Source: Trichoplax adhaerens (Eukaryota; Animalia; Placozoa). From it: a stretch of 64,000 nt of DNA. Positions 39,001-53,713 of this stretch are shown here, piece by piece. Within the stretch, counting starts at the first letter, position 1, and each line of letters opens with the position of its first letter. Location: contig NW_002060958.1 of assembly GCF_000150275.1 (NCBI RefSeq), positions 1,000,272-1,064,271 of the forward strand. The letters are read 5' to 3'. The position numbers and the translations under genes were made by a program. The notes below the pieces were generated by a model. That model searched no databases. It was given only the letters and a program-made list of their open reading frames with translations, and was not told the origin of the DNA.

Positions 39001-42000
39001 ATTAATCAATAGTTTTTGTATTAATCAGGATACGTACTGCCATAAGCTGTTACTAATATTAGAAATAAAATATTTTACTACTATCACTGCTGTATATTTC
39101 TTGAGATAGAGTTAGGTGTAAATGTAACGAAGTTGAATCTATCTTGATTTGTTTGAATGAACATTTTTGTCTCATCATGTAGAGGATTGGTTGAGACCTT
39201 TGCATAAAAGGAACAATTTAGTGTTAGTCCATTGGTGGTACTTTCCTGATAGGTAAGTTGGATAGAAATGAGGAAATTTAGCGATGCCTGACATAATTGG
39301 AAACTTGAGAAATCTCAGCGGCAAAAATTTGTTGTATTGTAGCTATGATACTTGGGTCCCTGAAAACGATATTGAAGAAGAACCGGAACCGCAGCCGCTT
39401 CATGTTGGGCAGTGGGAGGTAATAAAAGAAAATTTAGGAATATGATTTTGCGTAGTTTCTGGGTATACTCATTGATTTCTCTGCTTAAATATTAAGCTTT
39501 TGCAGTACCTTATTGATAATGTTGATTACTATGTAATTAATTTAGGTAAATAGTAGATGGTTGACTGATTTGGATATCTTCCACGAATGGATGAATGAAG
39601 AAGATTATGAGATACAGGATGGAGAATCGGAAATTCAGCATTCTCCTGTAATATATTGTATTACTCTGTTACGAGCTTCAGTTACATGTATGGAAAGTAA
39701 TCATTGTGTCGTTACTAATTTACTGATTTCGCTATAATTTCATAACAGGAATTAGAAGCAAATACTAAACGTAAAAGTGAAATGCGACGTGGTACGATAC
39801 TTTATGTTTGTATCATTATATTTTTATCAATATTTAATATTTTTCGTTAATAATGGTAGGACGAGGACGTCGGCGAGGTGCTAGAAATGTCCCTATGGAG
39901 GTTATATGCATGCGAAATCATTCCTGTTACGTAATGAAACATATTCATGACTGCTGACTCAATAATTATATTTATATGTAATTTATGACTAAATCTAAAG
40001 GTTACCGAAACGCCAAGTCTAACTATGACAGTACGAAAAAGAAAGAAGTCGCCTTCACCTGAAAATGCCAAGAAAAAAAAGAAAATCAGGTCGGTTGTGA
40101 CCCTGGCAGGGTATTAAAGCGTGTTTGCACGACATAGAAAGTAGATGCTAAAGGATAACATACATATTAGTGGATTTATCGTTATGATTAACGGTAATCA
40201 GATTAAGAAATAACAGCAGAAGAGCAATCTGTTACAAAGTACTTCAGATTTAGAAAATTAAAGATAAATTTATATTGCCTGTAATATTCGGTAGAAAGTA
40301 ATTCTCAATTAATCTTATTTCTTTATAGTGTTATTACAGAAGATTTAACGAAAGACATGGAAAATCCCCCTCCTGTTCCTAATGTAAGTCTTTAATTTAG
40401 TCTTTAAAATTTGTCTTTTTCTGTTAACGTTGCAATTTTTTATCGCAATTCTAGGTTAAGGAAGTTGCAATTCCGCCAGAAGGTTAGATAACAATTTAAT
40501 TCCGTTATTGACACGAATAATATTATTAAACGGGTTGATTTATTGTACACTAACTATATGATAATTTACTTCTGAATGCTAACACGTAGCGTCGCGTGAA
40601 AGTGATTTTACCCCCAGTCGCAGCGGACAATTAACGGACATTGGCAGCGGTAATTACTAGTTATAATTAACGAAACTACTAATTTTTACTGATAAATTTA
40701 ATATTTACTACGTTACTTTCTAATATTTTAGTTGGTTCTGATAATGCATTGAATACGTCTAATATTGAAAGTACAGGTATGATTTTAGTAACGGATTCAT
40801 TAGCGTCAAAATTTTTTGATTATTCATGATTTTTTTTGTGGTTTATATATATGTATCTAGATATAAAAGCCAAGCCTGCAACCAACGTTACTACAAGCAC
40901 CACAGTAGTACGATCTTCATCTAAGGTTCTACCGAATTAATAACAATATACCTTTATTAGCAGTAATATTTGCTTAAAAAAATTTTTCATTTTTAAAACA
41001 GCAGGGAGAAATTTGGCTTGATGGAGCTTTAGAACCGGTACAGCCTGGAGAGGACCTTCGTATAGAAGCTGTTGAACAAGCACACGTTATCGTAATACCG
41101 AGCTATTCGGCATGGTTTGATTATAATAGGTAAGTCTGTACGGACACTCTAGACCTAAAATAATTTGCAACTTGTTACGTTTTTTGTGAGCGATTAAGTT
41201 AAAATCATGATTTTTGAATTTTAGCGTTCATGCTATTGAGAAACGAGCCTTACCAGAATTTTTTACTGGCCGAAATAAATCTAAGTCGCCTGAAATGTAA
41301 TTAAGATGGATGATAGACCCTACCTATTCTTACAATCCTACTGTTAAATAAAATTGCGATAACAACCTTTTTAATATAACTTATCTAACTTTGTAGCTAT
41401 TCAGCTTACCGAAATTTTATGGTTGATACATATCGTCTTAATCCTGGAGAATATTTAACATGCACTGCATGCAGAAGGAATTTAGCCGGGGATGTTTGCG
41501 CTATTTTACGGTAATAGCTGATTGTAGTAGCGGTTAATAGTGGTAATGACAGTTTTAGTAATTGTTTCATGTGTTAATTCTGTTATTTGTATCTATTTCA
41601 TAGTGTTCACGGTTTTCTGGAACAATGGGGACTAATTAATTACCAAGTCGACAGAGAACTAAAGCCTAGCCCTATGGGACCACCATCTACCTCCCATTTT
41701 CATGTTCTAGCTGATACACCATCTGGCTTACAGCCTGTATTGCCTCCAAAGCCTGCAACCGTATGCATAAAATTATATACTAACTAGCTTTTTACTCTTT
41801 ACTAAATTTTCTCATTGCTTAATAAACCAATATTTGTAGAAAGCTGTTGATCAAATGATAACCTTTAACAATAATACTACCAAAAGCGAAGGACAGGATA
41901 AAAGTGATAGTCTAACCAATTATGGGTAAGCATAATACAACCAATGCAGATATCACATCCTTTTTTATAGTTAGATTAATTTGTTCGTATTCATATATAT

Positions 42001-44108
42001 TTACTAATTAGCCTCAAGACTGATATATATGCAGCCAGTGCACAAAAAGTAAGTTAGACTCTTATGGCATTGTACAATCTTAAGTGTAGCAATATATAGA
42101 CATCTCCCAAAGTAATATGATCGCTTTCTCTTATTCATAGTCGAAAGCACTATCTCATTTATCGCGAGACTGGACAGATCAGGAAACATTGCTTTTATTA
42201 GAGGTGATTATTACTCTACGTGTATTTTTATAGCATTAAATACTGATCTGTGCATTGTTTTCGCCTTCTACACTAGGGCCTAGAAATGTATAAAGATGAC
42301 TGGAATAAGGTAGCCAACCATGTCGGAAGTCGAACTCATGATGAATGTATCTTACATTTCTTGAGATTACCAATTGAAGATCCTTACTTGGATGAATCAG
42401 ATTTGCAATTAGGTAGAGGATATACTGCATTTAAAAAATTCTATAGATAAATATAAAGGTTGTATTGTTTACGTTATTCTACTATATTGTGCATTCATGA
42501 ACATTTAACCCAATGATTTGCAAATTATTTAGGTCCATTAATTAACCAACCTATACCTTTCAGCCGATCTGGTAATCCAATTATGTCAACAGTGGCTTTT
42601 CTTGCGGCTATTGTTGATCCTCGTGTTGCCAGTGCTGCTGCTAAAGCTGCAATAGGTAATCGTAAGGTTCTTAATTAAATATGTTTTATGACTACCTGTT
42701 AAATATGCATTTATTTTTAGAGGAATTTTCGAAAATGAAAGAAGATGGCGATAATGTTACTACAGTTGGTAATGGCGCTATGGACATAAGTAATGAACCT
42801 TCCGGTAATGACACGAGTGCGTTTTATGTCATGGCGAAATACTATGAAAATGGCAGTGTCGGAGTTTTGATATGATATTAATGATTTTTCTATTTATTGC
42901 GCAGGCTGCCACCGCCAAATAACAGTGAATACGACCTTGCGCAAGATCAAGCTAGAACTGCTTCTTTGCGGCAGACTATTGTATCATCGGATAAATATTC
43001 CTTGTTGAATACTGTAAATACTGCTCAGTTATCCGCATTACCTGCCTCTATATCACCTCAAGTGCCAATTACTCGTCAGGGCGTTGTCGCAGCACAGATG
43101 CAGCAACAGGCAATGAACATGAGAAGTTTACCACAAACGAAGACTACTCTGTCAGCTTCCCATATTACACAACAGAAGATAGCTCCTTCTACACTAGCGT
43201 TTACTGCAGCATCACATAGCATCACTGAACCTAATGTAGCTTCGATTAGCTCTCACAATAAGCAAAACACTGGCACTACCTTAGCTAGACCGTTAAATAC
43301 CACTGTTGGTCAGAATCCGGTTAGAGCGGCTATTAGCCAGCAATCGTATAAAAACCCTCTGCCTTCAAGTCCTTTAAATCCAAATATTAGCTCTATCATT
43401 CAACCAGTTATTGCAGAAACAAACTCTATAATTTTATCTTACGGTATGTCAGGAAAGTCTTCTGATTCATTGTCGAAAGAAACAGCAGCAGCTTCCATTA
43501 CCAGCAGCACAAATCAAATTTTACCAAGTATATTACGTGGTGAAAAGATTGTCAAACCATCTACAACGAAGGCTAGTAATACTGTCACATCAGATACGTT
43601 TACGAGTAAGAGTGCTCCCGTGGCTGTAAAGCCGTTTGAAACGATTAGAAAGGAAAATAATGAAGAAAATCAAGCGAACTTACAAGATAGTGATGCGAAA
43701 GATCTCCCCCAAATATCGACAGATGAAGACACTCAACCAACCATATGTTCACTAAGTGAGAAAGGCTTTGATCATGAGGAAAAGCAACCTGCATCATTGG
43801 AAACTGAAGCTATATTAGGCGTAGATAGTGAAGCGGATAATTCGAAGGAAATAGAGAATGAAGAACCATTAAAATCGGATGAAGTAAAAGACGTTGATAT
43901 GACAGAGGAAGCAATAGAAGCTATGGATGTCGATTCTGATACCGCTAAGAAAGACACTCTGGCTGACAATGAAAATGTAGATGAAGTAATCAAGTCTTGT
44001 GATAATGACGATAGTGAATCGGCATTAGTTCCTCAGGATAGTGATCTTGCGAGTAAGATAGAAACTGAACTTGGTGAAGTTATTGGCAATAGCGACGAAG
44101 AAATGTAA
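36084..44108 (+). CDS. SMARCC2: SWI/SNF complex subunit SMARCC (BAF155/BAF170, Moira, Swi3 family), more than 25 exons
   Basis: N-terminus [16 protein letters not shown]; [18 protein letters not shown]; chromo-like [13 protein letters not shown]; SWIRM ([40 protein letters not shown]); SANT ([28 protein letters not shown]); [19 protein letters not shown]. It is a single invertebrate-type SMARCC1/2 co-ortholog. The splice into the last long exon (about 42905-44108) is ambiguous. Confidence 0.93.
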
Positions 44109-45672
44109 TTGTAGTGATAAGACTAACTTCAGTCCTCGTAAGGTTTGGATTGTAATTATAAATGTACAGGAATTCAATAGCGCTTGCTGTCATTATATAC
44201 ATCAACAGATATTAACTGATATATAAAAAGCCACTATGGTAGTCTTCAAGGGTTTGGCAATTTGATGTATCTAACTCCAGTGGAAGTTCTTATGCATTTT
44301 ACTTTTGTGCAAGTTCTACTGGAAAAGAAGTTAAAAGCCCCTGGCCTGAAAATATTTATTTGTTTTTGTTAAGTATAAATTTGTAAAAGTCTCAATTCTA
44401 ATATTGCAATATGCTGTACATGACATTGTATGGTAGTAGTACATCATCGAAATACTGTACAGTATTAAACCCAGTCTACTCTAACAGAATGGTTTCGTTG
44501 AAGTTTTTTAAAAGTGATGATGGTTTAGTGTTGATTTTTTTTTGTATTACCTTTTCAGTTGTACTTGCTATGATCTACTATAGGTCCTAAATCCTTTGAA
44601 ACATTGATTGTTTTAATAAAATTATACGACAGTGCAAGTAATAATTGGGATTTTTTTGATCGTGGAAAACACTTGTATGGAACAATAACTGTTGGCTCCT
44701 CGGTGAAAATTGGCATGATGATTGATAAACTGACTAATAGGAACGATTGTCTATAGTATTCATTACCGTAGGTAGGATCACACTCAATACAGAGAATAAA
44801 TTCCATAGTGACTACCGTTTTGAATAAGTGTGCCGTATTAAAGGAATGTTACCAGTACATCTCAAAATCGCCTTTATGAAACATTTACTATGTTCTTCTC
44901 TTTAATTCGTCGATGCAGCACTCTGGTGTGTTCGACACTGAGTGTTAACTTACAATGGTACGTGTTTGCTTGATATGCAGTAAGTAGTCCTTCAAAAGAA
45001 GAGCAATTTCATTAAATTTAGCTTTTTTATTGAAATTAATATAATTCTCACTTTCAATGAGTTAATTAATATATTCGGTATTATAAAAAGTAGTTGTACC
45101 GTAAAAATTTTTACAGTATTGTACTTCTTGTCATTCAACATCACAATTTCATTTGCATATTTTATGTATGAGGATATACTCATGTGTAAATGAGAAAGCA
45201 AATATTCTAGCCATATTGACTATTGCAATACCCTTAGCTAATGCTTTGTTTTGTAGTTTATAGTGTAGATATATATCTTACGTCGTATCTTAAAGTTGAA
45301 AGCTACAAGAAATTGTTGACAAATGTAATAATATTTTACGCTAGCTAAGATAGCGAAAATCAACTATATAAGCTGCTATATATTACATGGACTTTTATTG
45401 CAGAAATGCATCGTACAAGATATGATTCACGATTGTATCGATGTATTTTGATTACATCACGATAATCTAAGCTAATTAACAAGTTTATACGAAAACAAGC
45501 CAAGCGATAGGTGCTGGAATTACTAGTGCCTATTATAGGATAAATAACGTAACAGGCGCCAGCAGTTCTGAAATACAAGTTCTTGCGTAGCAATGAAAAC
45601 TTTAAGTCAGAAAATGTCATGGTTTTTCGAGCTTCCCAGATACCGTTTCACTTTATTTAATCTATACTGCTT

Positions 45673-48600
45673 TTACTGTGGTGGAGGATATTGAGGATAT
45701 TGAGGATAACCCTGTGGTGGTGGAGGGTAGGTTCCAGGCATTGGAACATACTGTTGAGACGGATGAGGAGGATAAACCGGCTGTTGGCCCTGGTAAGGAT
45801 ATTGATAAGGCATTGGCTGACCAGGTTGTGGTTGTTGTGTTGGGTAAGGATATGGCTGCCCTTGCGGAGCATACATAGGTTGAGGAGCACCAGGATATTG
45901 TGGTTGTTGTGCAGGGGGTGCAACTGCATAATTTGGCTGAGGTGCAGCAGCAGGAGGCTGAGCTGAAGCTGGAATGGAACTAGTCGATGTGGGCGGCGCA
46001 CTGCTACTCGGTGGTGGAGGTCCTAGCGAGAATAGTTAATGTTGTTTATCAATACAGAAAGGTTGATAATCCATGCATGATTCAATAAATTACAGTTAAT
46101 GGTTGATAAATCATATTCTTATGATAAAGTAGTAGTATTGTAAAGTTTAAGACCTAGAAGGGCAATATCAACTGATTAAATAGAGATTATAATAAACTAT
46201 AGCACCTAATACTACTGTACTTAGCCGGTAAACCGAAATTATTACTTACTTTGGGGTGCTGCTGCCTTCTGATGATGACTAGGGATTGATGGAGTCTGGT
46301 TGTCAGCTTTCGATAGATCTTGTTGTAAATCCCTATGATAAAAGGACACTAGTAATTTAGTAATTGAAGGGTACATGTCATAAAAATAATAAGCAAGAAA
46401 ATATTATCACAAATAACATACCCGAGTAATCCTTGCAATTCAGTTTTACGAGCAAAGATAAGGTCACTAACTTTTGTTTGTGTTTTGACCAAAAGATTAG
46501 TTAGGTCATTATAAAACTGCATCAAAGAGAAACCGAAAGAGCAAATGAGTAATTTATAAATTCAATTTTCAATTATATCTTTTCGTAATATAAGTTTATA
46601 AGAAGAAAGTCGAAGATACTAACTTTGGTGCCTTCCATCAGATGTTTGGTCAATTCAGTAAAAGCATCGTAGGCGGCGGCCAAATCAGATAACGTTTCTT
46701 CTCGTTTATTAGCTCCGGAGCGAGATTGCCTTTCGGCAAGAAATTCCTGGTTTGCAGCCTATTTTTAGATCAACAAATAGTAATAAATAATTTTCGTAGG
46801 TGCAACGTTAGTTATTACTATAATTCATTACTAGAAGAGAATTAAACTTTCACTGAATTATCGTAACATGTTCAGGATGGCATAAGAAACTCACTCTGAG
46901 TTGCGTTTCAATGTCTCGTTGTCTGGAGATGGTATCGGCAATTTGGTTTACATAAACATTGTAAGTACTATCTAAATTTTGCTTGGAGATATCCTCATCT
47001 TGCAGGACACCATCAGCAGCTAAAGCTGCTAGAAATTTAGGTGCTGAATAAAACGTGGATATCAGACGTATCAATAAACAATAACCATGAGTTGTACATA
47101 AATTCTCCTATAAATAGTCACTATTAGTTAAAATGTACTTATATCGCAGGTAGCCGATTTCAATTCAGATTCAATTACTTGTCGTTCAGCAATAATACCA
47201 TCAATTTGGTCTATTAGGCGTTTAATGTTGACGACAGCCTATAAATTTAAATTTAAATACCAACATTTATTGATAGTTCAATGACAGTGTATAAAAATGA
47301 TGTTAGTATGTACACACTTTGCTATTAGCTACAGCATTTCCGCTTCCGGTCTTTGGGATGTAATTTTTTAATTCAACCTAAATGATGGGTTAGAATTATA
47401 GTCAGTCAAAGAATAGCGAACCTACAGCAAAACCAGCTTGATCATACCTCTCCCTTACTAAGTACAATCATAGCATTACGGCTTTTGTTATATTTATCTC
47501 GCACGATTGCATCAGCTTTCAATGCATTTTCAATGATGCCTTTATATTTGTTCATTTCAATACGTAATGATGCTGTGAGTTTATCAGATGGCATTCTGGT
47601 CCATTTTTCTTTAAATCTTTGGCGCATTTGTTTATCGTCTTTCTCTTCATCATCCATCATACGAGTGGTCTTAAAAAATGTTTAAGTACGGGAAGTATTG
47701 AATTATTTTCAATAATGAAAGTAAATAGGAATTCTAATGAAGGTATCGTTGTAACTGCAAACCTCTGTAACAATTTCTTGATTTCTTTGTAATAATGTTG
47801 GCAGTTCATTAAACATGCTATCTATTTTCTGGACGCCACCATCTTGTATTAATGCAGCAGACTTGTCTAAAAGCGATTGTGGTACAGAATTTCCACCAGT
47901 ATCTTCAATTGCTGCAGGTAAATTTAATTCAGCTAAAAGACTATAAAATGCCAATTATGGATAAAGATTAATAACGTCCCTACAGTAAACTGTATACAAT
48001 TCATACAACATGTATTCTAGCACAATTTAAAAGACCTTTTTAATTGTTGCGTATTATCTGTAAGCTTTTTAAGCTCGGAAGTAACCAAATCCTGTTGACG
48101 TTCATTGTACCTCGATACAGCATTGTGAATGTTTAGAGGAACAACATCAGCGAAAATATCTTTAAAATTTGCAGATGCTGGATTATTTAAGCGGATGGGT
48201 TTGCCAATAGCTGCACCTTGGACGGCGGGAATTCTGTCTTTGTCAGGAACTAATTCATGATAAATGAAGTCATTATCCTTTTGTGCAGCTTGATAAGCTT
48301 TAGTAATCTTGTTGCGCAAATTCTATGAAAACAATTGATTGAGATATCGTCATTAAAGTATCCTGCGTACAGAATATTCAATTTAGAGTTGCATAAAGTA
48401 CAATCAAAGCAAAAGCTATGTCGGACAAACCTTTGCATCGGTGAGTGTGCTACTGTAGCTTTCAGCTTGTTGCATTAAAGAGCTAGCGTGCTAAAAGAAT
48501 TAATAATAAATTTACAATCCATAGCTTAGGGACAGGCTGTAGTGAGTTTATTCACACAAAAGGCTAGTTGCATATATACGCTGTATGATGTTACCGTTAA

Positions 48601-51428
48601 TGTACGATGGTGTTTTGTACACTAGCATAATAATAATAATGTGGTACTAACTTTTAATCGAGCCAATTCTTCACCAATCGCCCCGCTAGCTTTGGCAACT
48701 AGAGCCTGATGATATTCAGCCACGGCGTGATACATTGCCTGTTTACCTGATACCATAGGTAGCCAATCCTTTTCCCATAAAGCACGTACACCAGGTGTTT
48801 GCATGTTTTTGAATGCATCAGCATAGTTATTTCCAGTTTGCATGGCAATTTTTGCGACAATTCCATCTTTCATTTTATCTAAAGCAAGTTGATAGAGATC
48901 GGCGCATTATTTTCGTAATAAATTTATAGTACTGTATGAGAAGATTTCTAATTCATCCATTATGAGCCAGATGCGATAGCTTTAAAGTTGTGTATACGGA
49001 TTGTACGGATTGTAACTAAGATAAGCAACCGGGAAAGCAAAGGGTACCTTGACTGGCTTTAAGATAAAATGTCTCTTGAGATTGGGCAAGCATCAGTGCA
49101 CTTAGAGCCGTTAAGCATTCAATAGATAAATCTGGAGTTGTTCCTTGCGGAATATTGCTTGGAATATATTCTCGTAAATATTCAAAGATGCCAGCTGCAG
49201 TCTAGATATTCAATTTGATAAGAATTTGTTATAGTCAATTCAAATAACTTGCTATTCAAATGCAAGACAAGCAATTTTACTACCTGAAAGTATTTAGCAG
49301 TTAACTTCAAGCCATCATCAGTGTCAAGATTTTGAGTAACTGCAATTTGACTAGAAAGTGCGGCTGCATTAAATAGAACGCAAGATTTCTCAAAAGGCAA
49401 ACTCTTTGCACCTTTGAGAGAAAGTATAATTGGGCAACGTTAGAATATTGTCATAGTTGGCCTGTCAATACAAATCTAGTAGATGGATTGATCGTTTCGT
49501 GCACAAACGAGCATCGATAGCGCATAGTAACTCAACATGCAGGTTGATAAGTTGCAATTAAATAGTGATGTACTGTCTATATAGAATAAAAGAAATACTA
49601 ACTATGTTTTCTAGTACCAAACAGGCTGCCCTTGTCGAAAGCGTCTTGCCAAGTAAACGTTACACGTACCTGTCCACGTATAGAATAAATTAGTTCATTC
49701 AATTTCGATATTCCATCGATTTTAAATATTATTATTTATCAGTATTTTTAGATCAGAGCAAAAAGTATATTTATCTTATCAATGCAACTGACTAGGCGAT
49801 CAATAAGAGAAAGTGGGTAGAACTGATCGCGGTGGAAATCTACTACTGTACTTGCACTGCGGTACGACAGTTTGTAGAGAAGATTGAATTTTATGACTGA
49901 AGGTTGCGGTTGAAGTTTTCTTACCTCGCTCTCAGACACTGGCATCTTGGCTTCCATGACATTCAATTGATCGTAGTATCTACAATGTTCGAAGTATAAG
50001 GATACCATTCAGTGACACTCTATGTACAACAGAACATTACGCCAAATTCTTTTGGGTAGAATTGTTGTTCTGCTTTAGTTTACTCTTTCAGCATTTACAA
50101 CGAGTGTAAGATAATCTAGTCTAATTAGAGTACAAGTTTCAATTTATTTGCTCTTTCTAACAATAGTCATGCATCATCGTTAATAAAACGTGCAAGCAAT
50201 ATTTATAAATAGACTTGATACAGGGTTGATCGATGTCAAAACTGAAGACTTATTTAAGTTGCTACTCTCGTCATTAGGCTTCAATTTGAAAGTGCTAGTT
50301 ATTTGCTTCAGTATCCATAGACACGTACTGTACATATCGGATTTTTCAGTCTAAAAGTTGCTGTGTTTATTTCAATGGGCTCGTCAATAATAATATTAAC
50401 ACTATTTGATTGGTAGTTCATACGCCGTTATTTTGCTGTTATGTTTTGCAATCGTTGCATTCTATTTGAATGACAATCAGTTTATTGCGTATAGCCTAGA
50501 GGTGATTTTTAATGGATGGATATGCTTGATGGAATGAACTATCCACGAGAGGATGATGATTGTTCATTATCTCTTATTTTATCTTCCTATTGAACTTGGA
50601 AACTACCGTAATCGCTTTCATCACTATACGCGTCGAATGGATTGTAAAGACGATTGATTGCTTTGCCAGGCAGAAATTGATGTACAATATTACCCAGTTG
50701 GTTGAACTAGAGTACGATGTTGTGACTGTGTACCAGGGTATATCAACACACTGTATCTATGTTGGCAAAGCCAAAGTGTTTGCATCGCAGTAAAGAAAAC
50801 TCCCAGTTGAGCGATTATCATCTACGATTCCTCATGGCTACCATTGAGTAACATCGATTAAAAAGAAAGATATTCCACTATTGAAGTGAACCTTTTTCTC
50901 TACCACCATTGCTACTATACGATCATTCCATTTTCCTACATGGTTTGGATGTAAAGTAAAGTCGATCGAATTGGTGCAAGCAGCCAATATCCATCCAGTG
51001 CAATGTGTAGGTCTAGCACCCAGATTTGCATCAGAAAAATGGGTGAACCTGTTTCCACTTTCAGCTACAATACTGTACTCGACGCCGTCGTCCTGTACGC
51101 TACTGCGCATTACTATTAGGGCCAAGGGACTGGAAATCAACATGACCTATTTTACGACCATTGAATGTAGCATGCAAGAACCTGGAAAAGATCGTTATGC
51201 TGTTATTGCTATTGGAGTCTTTCCTCACCTGAGTAACATTTGTACGGCACTTTCATGCTTATCCAATCGCTTAGTGGCATTATTACGCAAAGTTTGCAAT
51301 TCGTCAATTTGCCCCTTGAATTGACCTCGTTCTTTATCGTAAGTATTGGCAATGAATTTATCTAACGGCTTGGAAAAATCGGTGGAATCGGCTTTCTTTA
51401 AAGCTAAAACAATAAATCGATCAGCCAT
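45673..51428 (-). CDS. PDCD6IP: ALIX / programmed cell death 6-interacting protein (Bro1, V and Pro-rich domains), multi-exon
   Basis: Start exon [16 protein letters not shown]; YYDQL; [16 protein letters not shown]; [13 protein letters not shown]; [11 protein letters not shown]; LNLPAAIED; [13 protein letters not shown]; P/Q/Y-rich tail ending YPQYPPPQ* at 45673. Confidence 0.96.
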
Positions 51429-51617
51429 TTTCCCCTCAATTTGGATGCACTCTTGAATTTTTTCGCCCTTTTCTCCTCCACTCCAACTATTACTGTCAAA
51501 TTAGGCCAAAGGATATCCAAATTCACTGGGGGAACTTTTCGCCTTTGGATTCTTCTTTGCACTAAAGTGTCACTAGTACAGGACTACTGGTCCGGTCGCA
51601 AGGCAGTCGTCCACCTT

Positions 51618-51805
51618 TATACTGTACAGCCTTTGGTCATACTGTACACTGTACAGGATTGCCAGTCCAGTCGAAGGTCGTCCAATACCGTACAGTCCAT
51701 GTCTGACTGGACGAGAGACTGTACTGTACACTGTGGAATGGAATACTGTACTGTACTGTACTGTACAGTACAAAGCCTCTCCGTACACAATACAATGTAC
51801 TGTAA
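51618..51805. promoter_or_regulatory. TACTGTA/TACAGTA-rich tract about 190-380 bp upstream of the ALIX start codon
   Basis: (TACTG)n run at about 51744-51765 plus many TACTGTAC and GTACAGT copies. The role is inferred from position. Confidence 0.45.
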
Positions 51806-53713
51806 AGCGACCGACTGCCTATGACGTCGCACGACCCAGAGCCACACCCATCGCCATCGTCTATACCCCCTCCCATAGCAGGAATACTAAATTATGATGA
51901 TCAACTCCATTTTTCTTCTGATTACAACCACCATGTTAGGCCTGTGACGATGTTAATTGCCAACAATCCCCTTCATGAGACGATCATGGCAAGGTTGAAT
52001 CGCTACAGGGAAATTGGGGGTTGTATGGCATTTGTTTCTGCCTGGTAAAAGCTAAACATGGCCAAGTATTGATTTTCTCTTTTAATAATGGCGTGAGTGA
52101 TCTCTTGGACAAACTGGAAATACCGTGTATGATACCATACTAGCGGATCGATACAAATCCACTACGTAGCATGGCACTGCAGCCTTCAAAGGACTAGACA
52201 AGTCTTCCAATGACTTGACTGAGAGTCAACACGATTCAAGTGACGTCATTCGCGCGTGACAGTATTGTACCACGGCCGAGTGAAACCCCAACGGTCGAGT
52301 ACGGTAATGTTCTAATTTTAGTACAGTGACGTAAACCAAGAACCTCGATCACACTCGATGACGTCACTAGTCTGGTGGTCGCTTATACGCAACTACAGGG
52401 CTGGAGATTGACCACCATGGCACGTGACTTGTACAAGGCTGCCACCGACTGCACATGCGCCACTGTCGGATGGCATGGATTGGAAAGTGGACCGAAATCC
52501 AATTTCTCAATATGGCAAATCAAAACATCAAGAGCGAATTGCTCTAGGTTGGACTGATCTATCTGCTTGGATTATGAGCTCATTTGAAAGTATATTTCTT
52601 CCAAGTTGAATGATATAATTTAAGGCGACACTATAGCTGAACAGTGAACATCTTTCAGCTATTTTAGAGGCCTTGCTATGCTGTTGTCCTACTGGTCTTC
52701 TAGACAGTGCATGACTGCGAAAGCGCAACAAAACCTCCACTTGATCAGCGCCTCCTACAAAAGCAATGCAAGAGACAATTTCTCTCTATTTTGAGGTAGC
52801 TTCCGACATGGGACTCGACTGCAACGATACAACATGCTCATGGCATAGATTATCACAGTACAGTCAATGCATCGTTTAGTTTACTTTTATGGCACTGGTA
52901 TGGTGCTCGGAAGTTATTCCCTGCCCAAGAGTGATCATGCTGCAAAAGTACCACTCAGCTTCGACTTGATCAGGGACTTGCAGAGAAATCGAAGCAATTC
53001 CTCTCTATTTGAATTAAAGATACTTTTAATATGAGGAGTAAGACTGTACTAATAATAGCAGGGTCATGGTATGCATTACCACAATGTAGAGTAAATGCAT
53101 CCTTTAGTCTGGTAATCCTTCTACTCTACAAGATAGATTAGTCAGTATGACTACGGTAAATATTTTGTTGCAGTGTATGTCAATGGCACTGAGATGGAGG
53201 AAAACCCGTGGCCGTGAATCTATCGTTCCACATGAAATTGTGCCAGTCTTCATCAATGCTTCCTATCCAAGGTTAATAGGCTGTACTGGCCACAAAGTAA
53301 TGAAATCAACAATGACTCTCATTTTAGCCTCGTCTGCAGTTGATCCTTAACCGGTTCATTCGTGCAGTGGGGATAGAATGGAGATAGCGTAAGCTTCACA
53401 AGACAGCCAGGACAAGATTTTAAACTGAAAAGAAGGATAGTCTATGGAGTACTTGCTGATTGTATACTGTAAACCTTGCCTTCAACGAGGTAGAAGTAGA
53501 AAATGGATTGGAAAGCGTATGATAGCCGCCCAATACAATCGATTTCAGTCGGCAATATTGTCATTCACTCATAAATTACCTTGATCGTCCTAGCCATGAT
53601 ACCCTACCTGCATTAACCCCTGAAGGAACAGGCATGAGAATTGCAAAATTGCCCATAGTTTACAGCTAGCCTTGCATAGATGACATCAACATCCATCATA
53701 TTAATCAATACAA

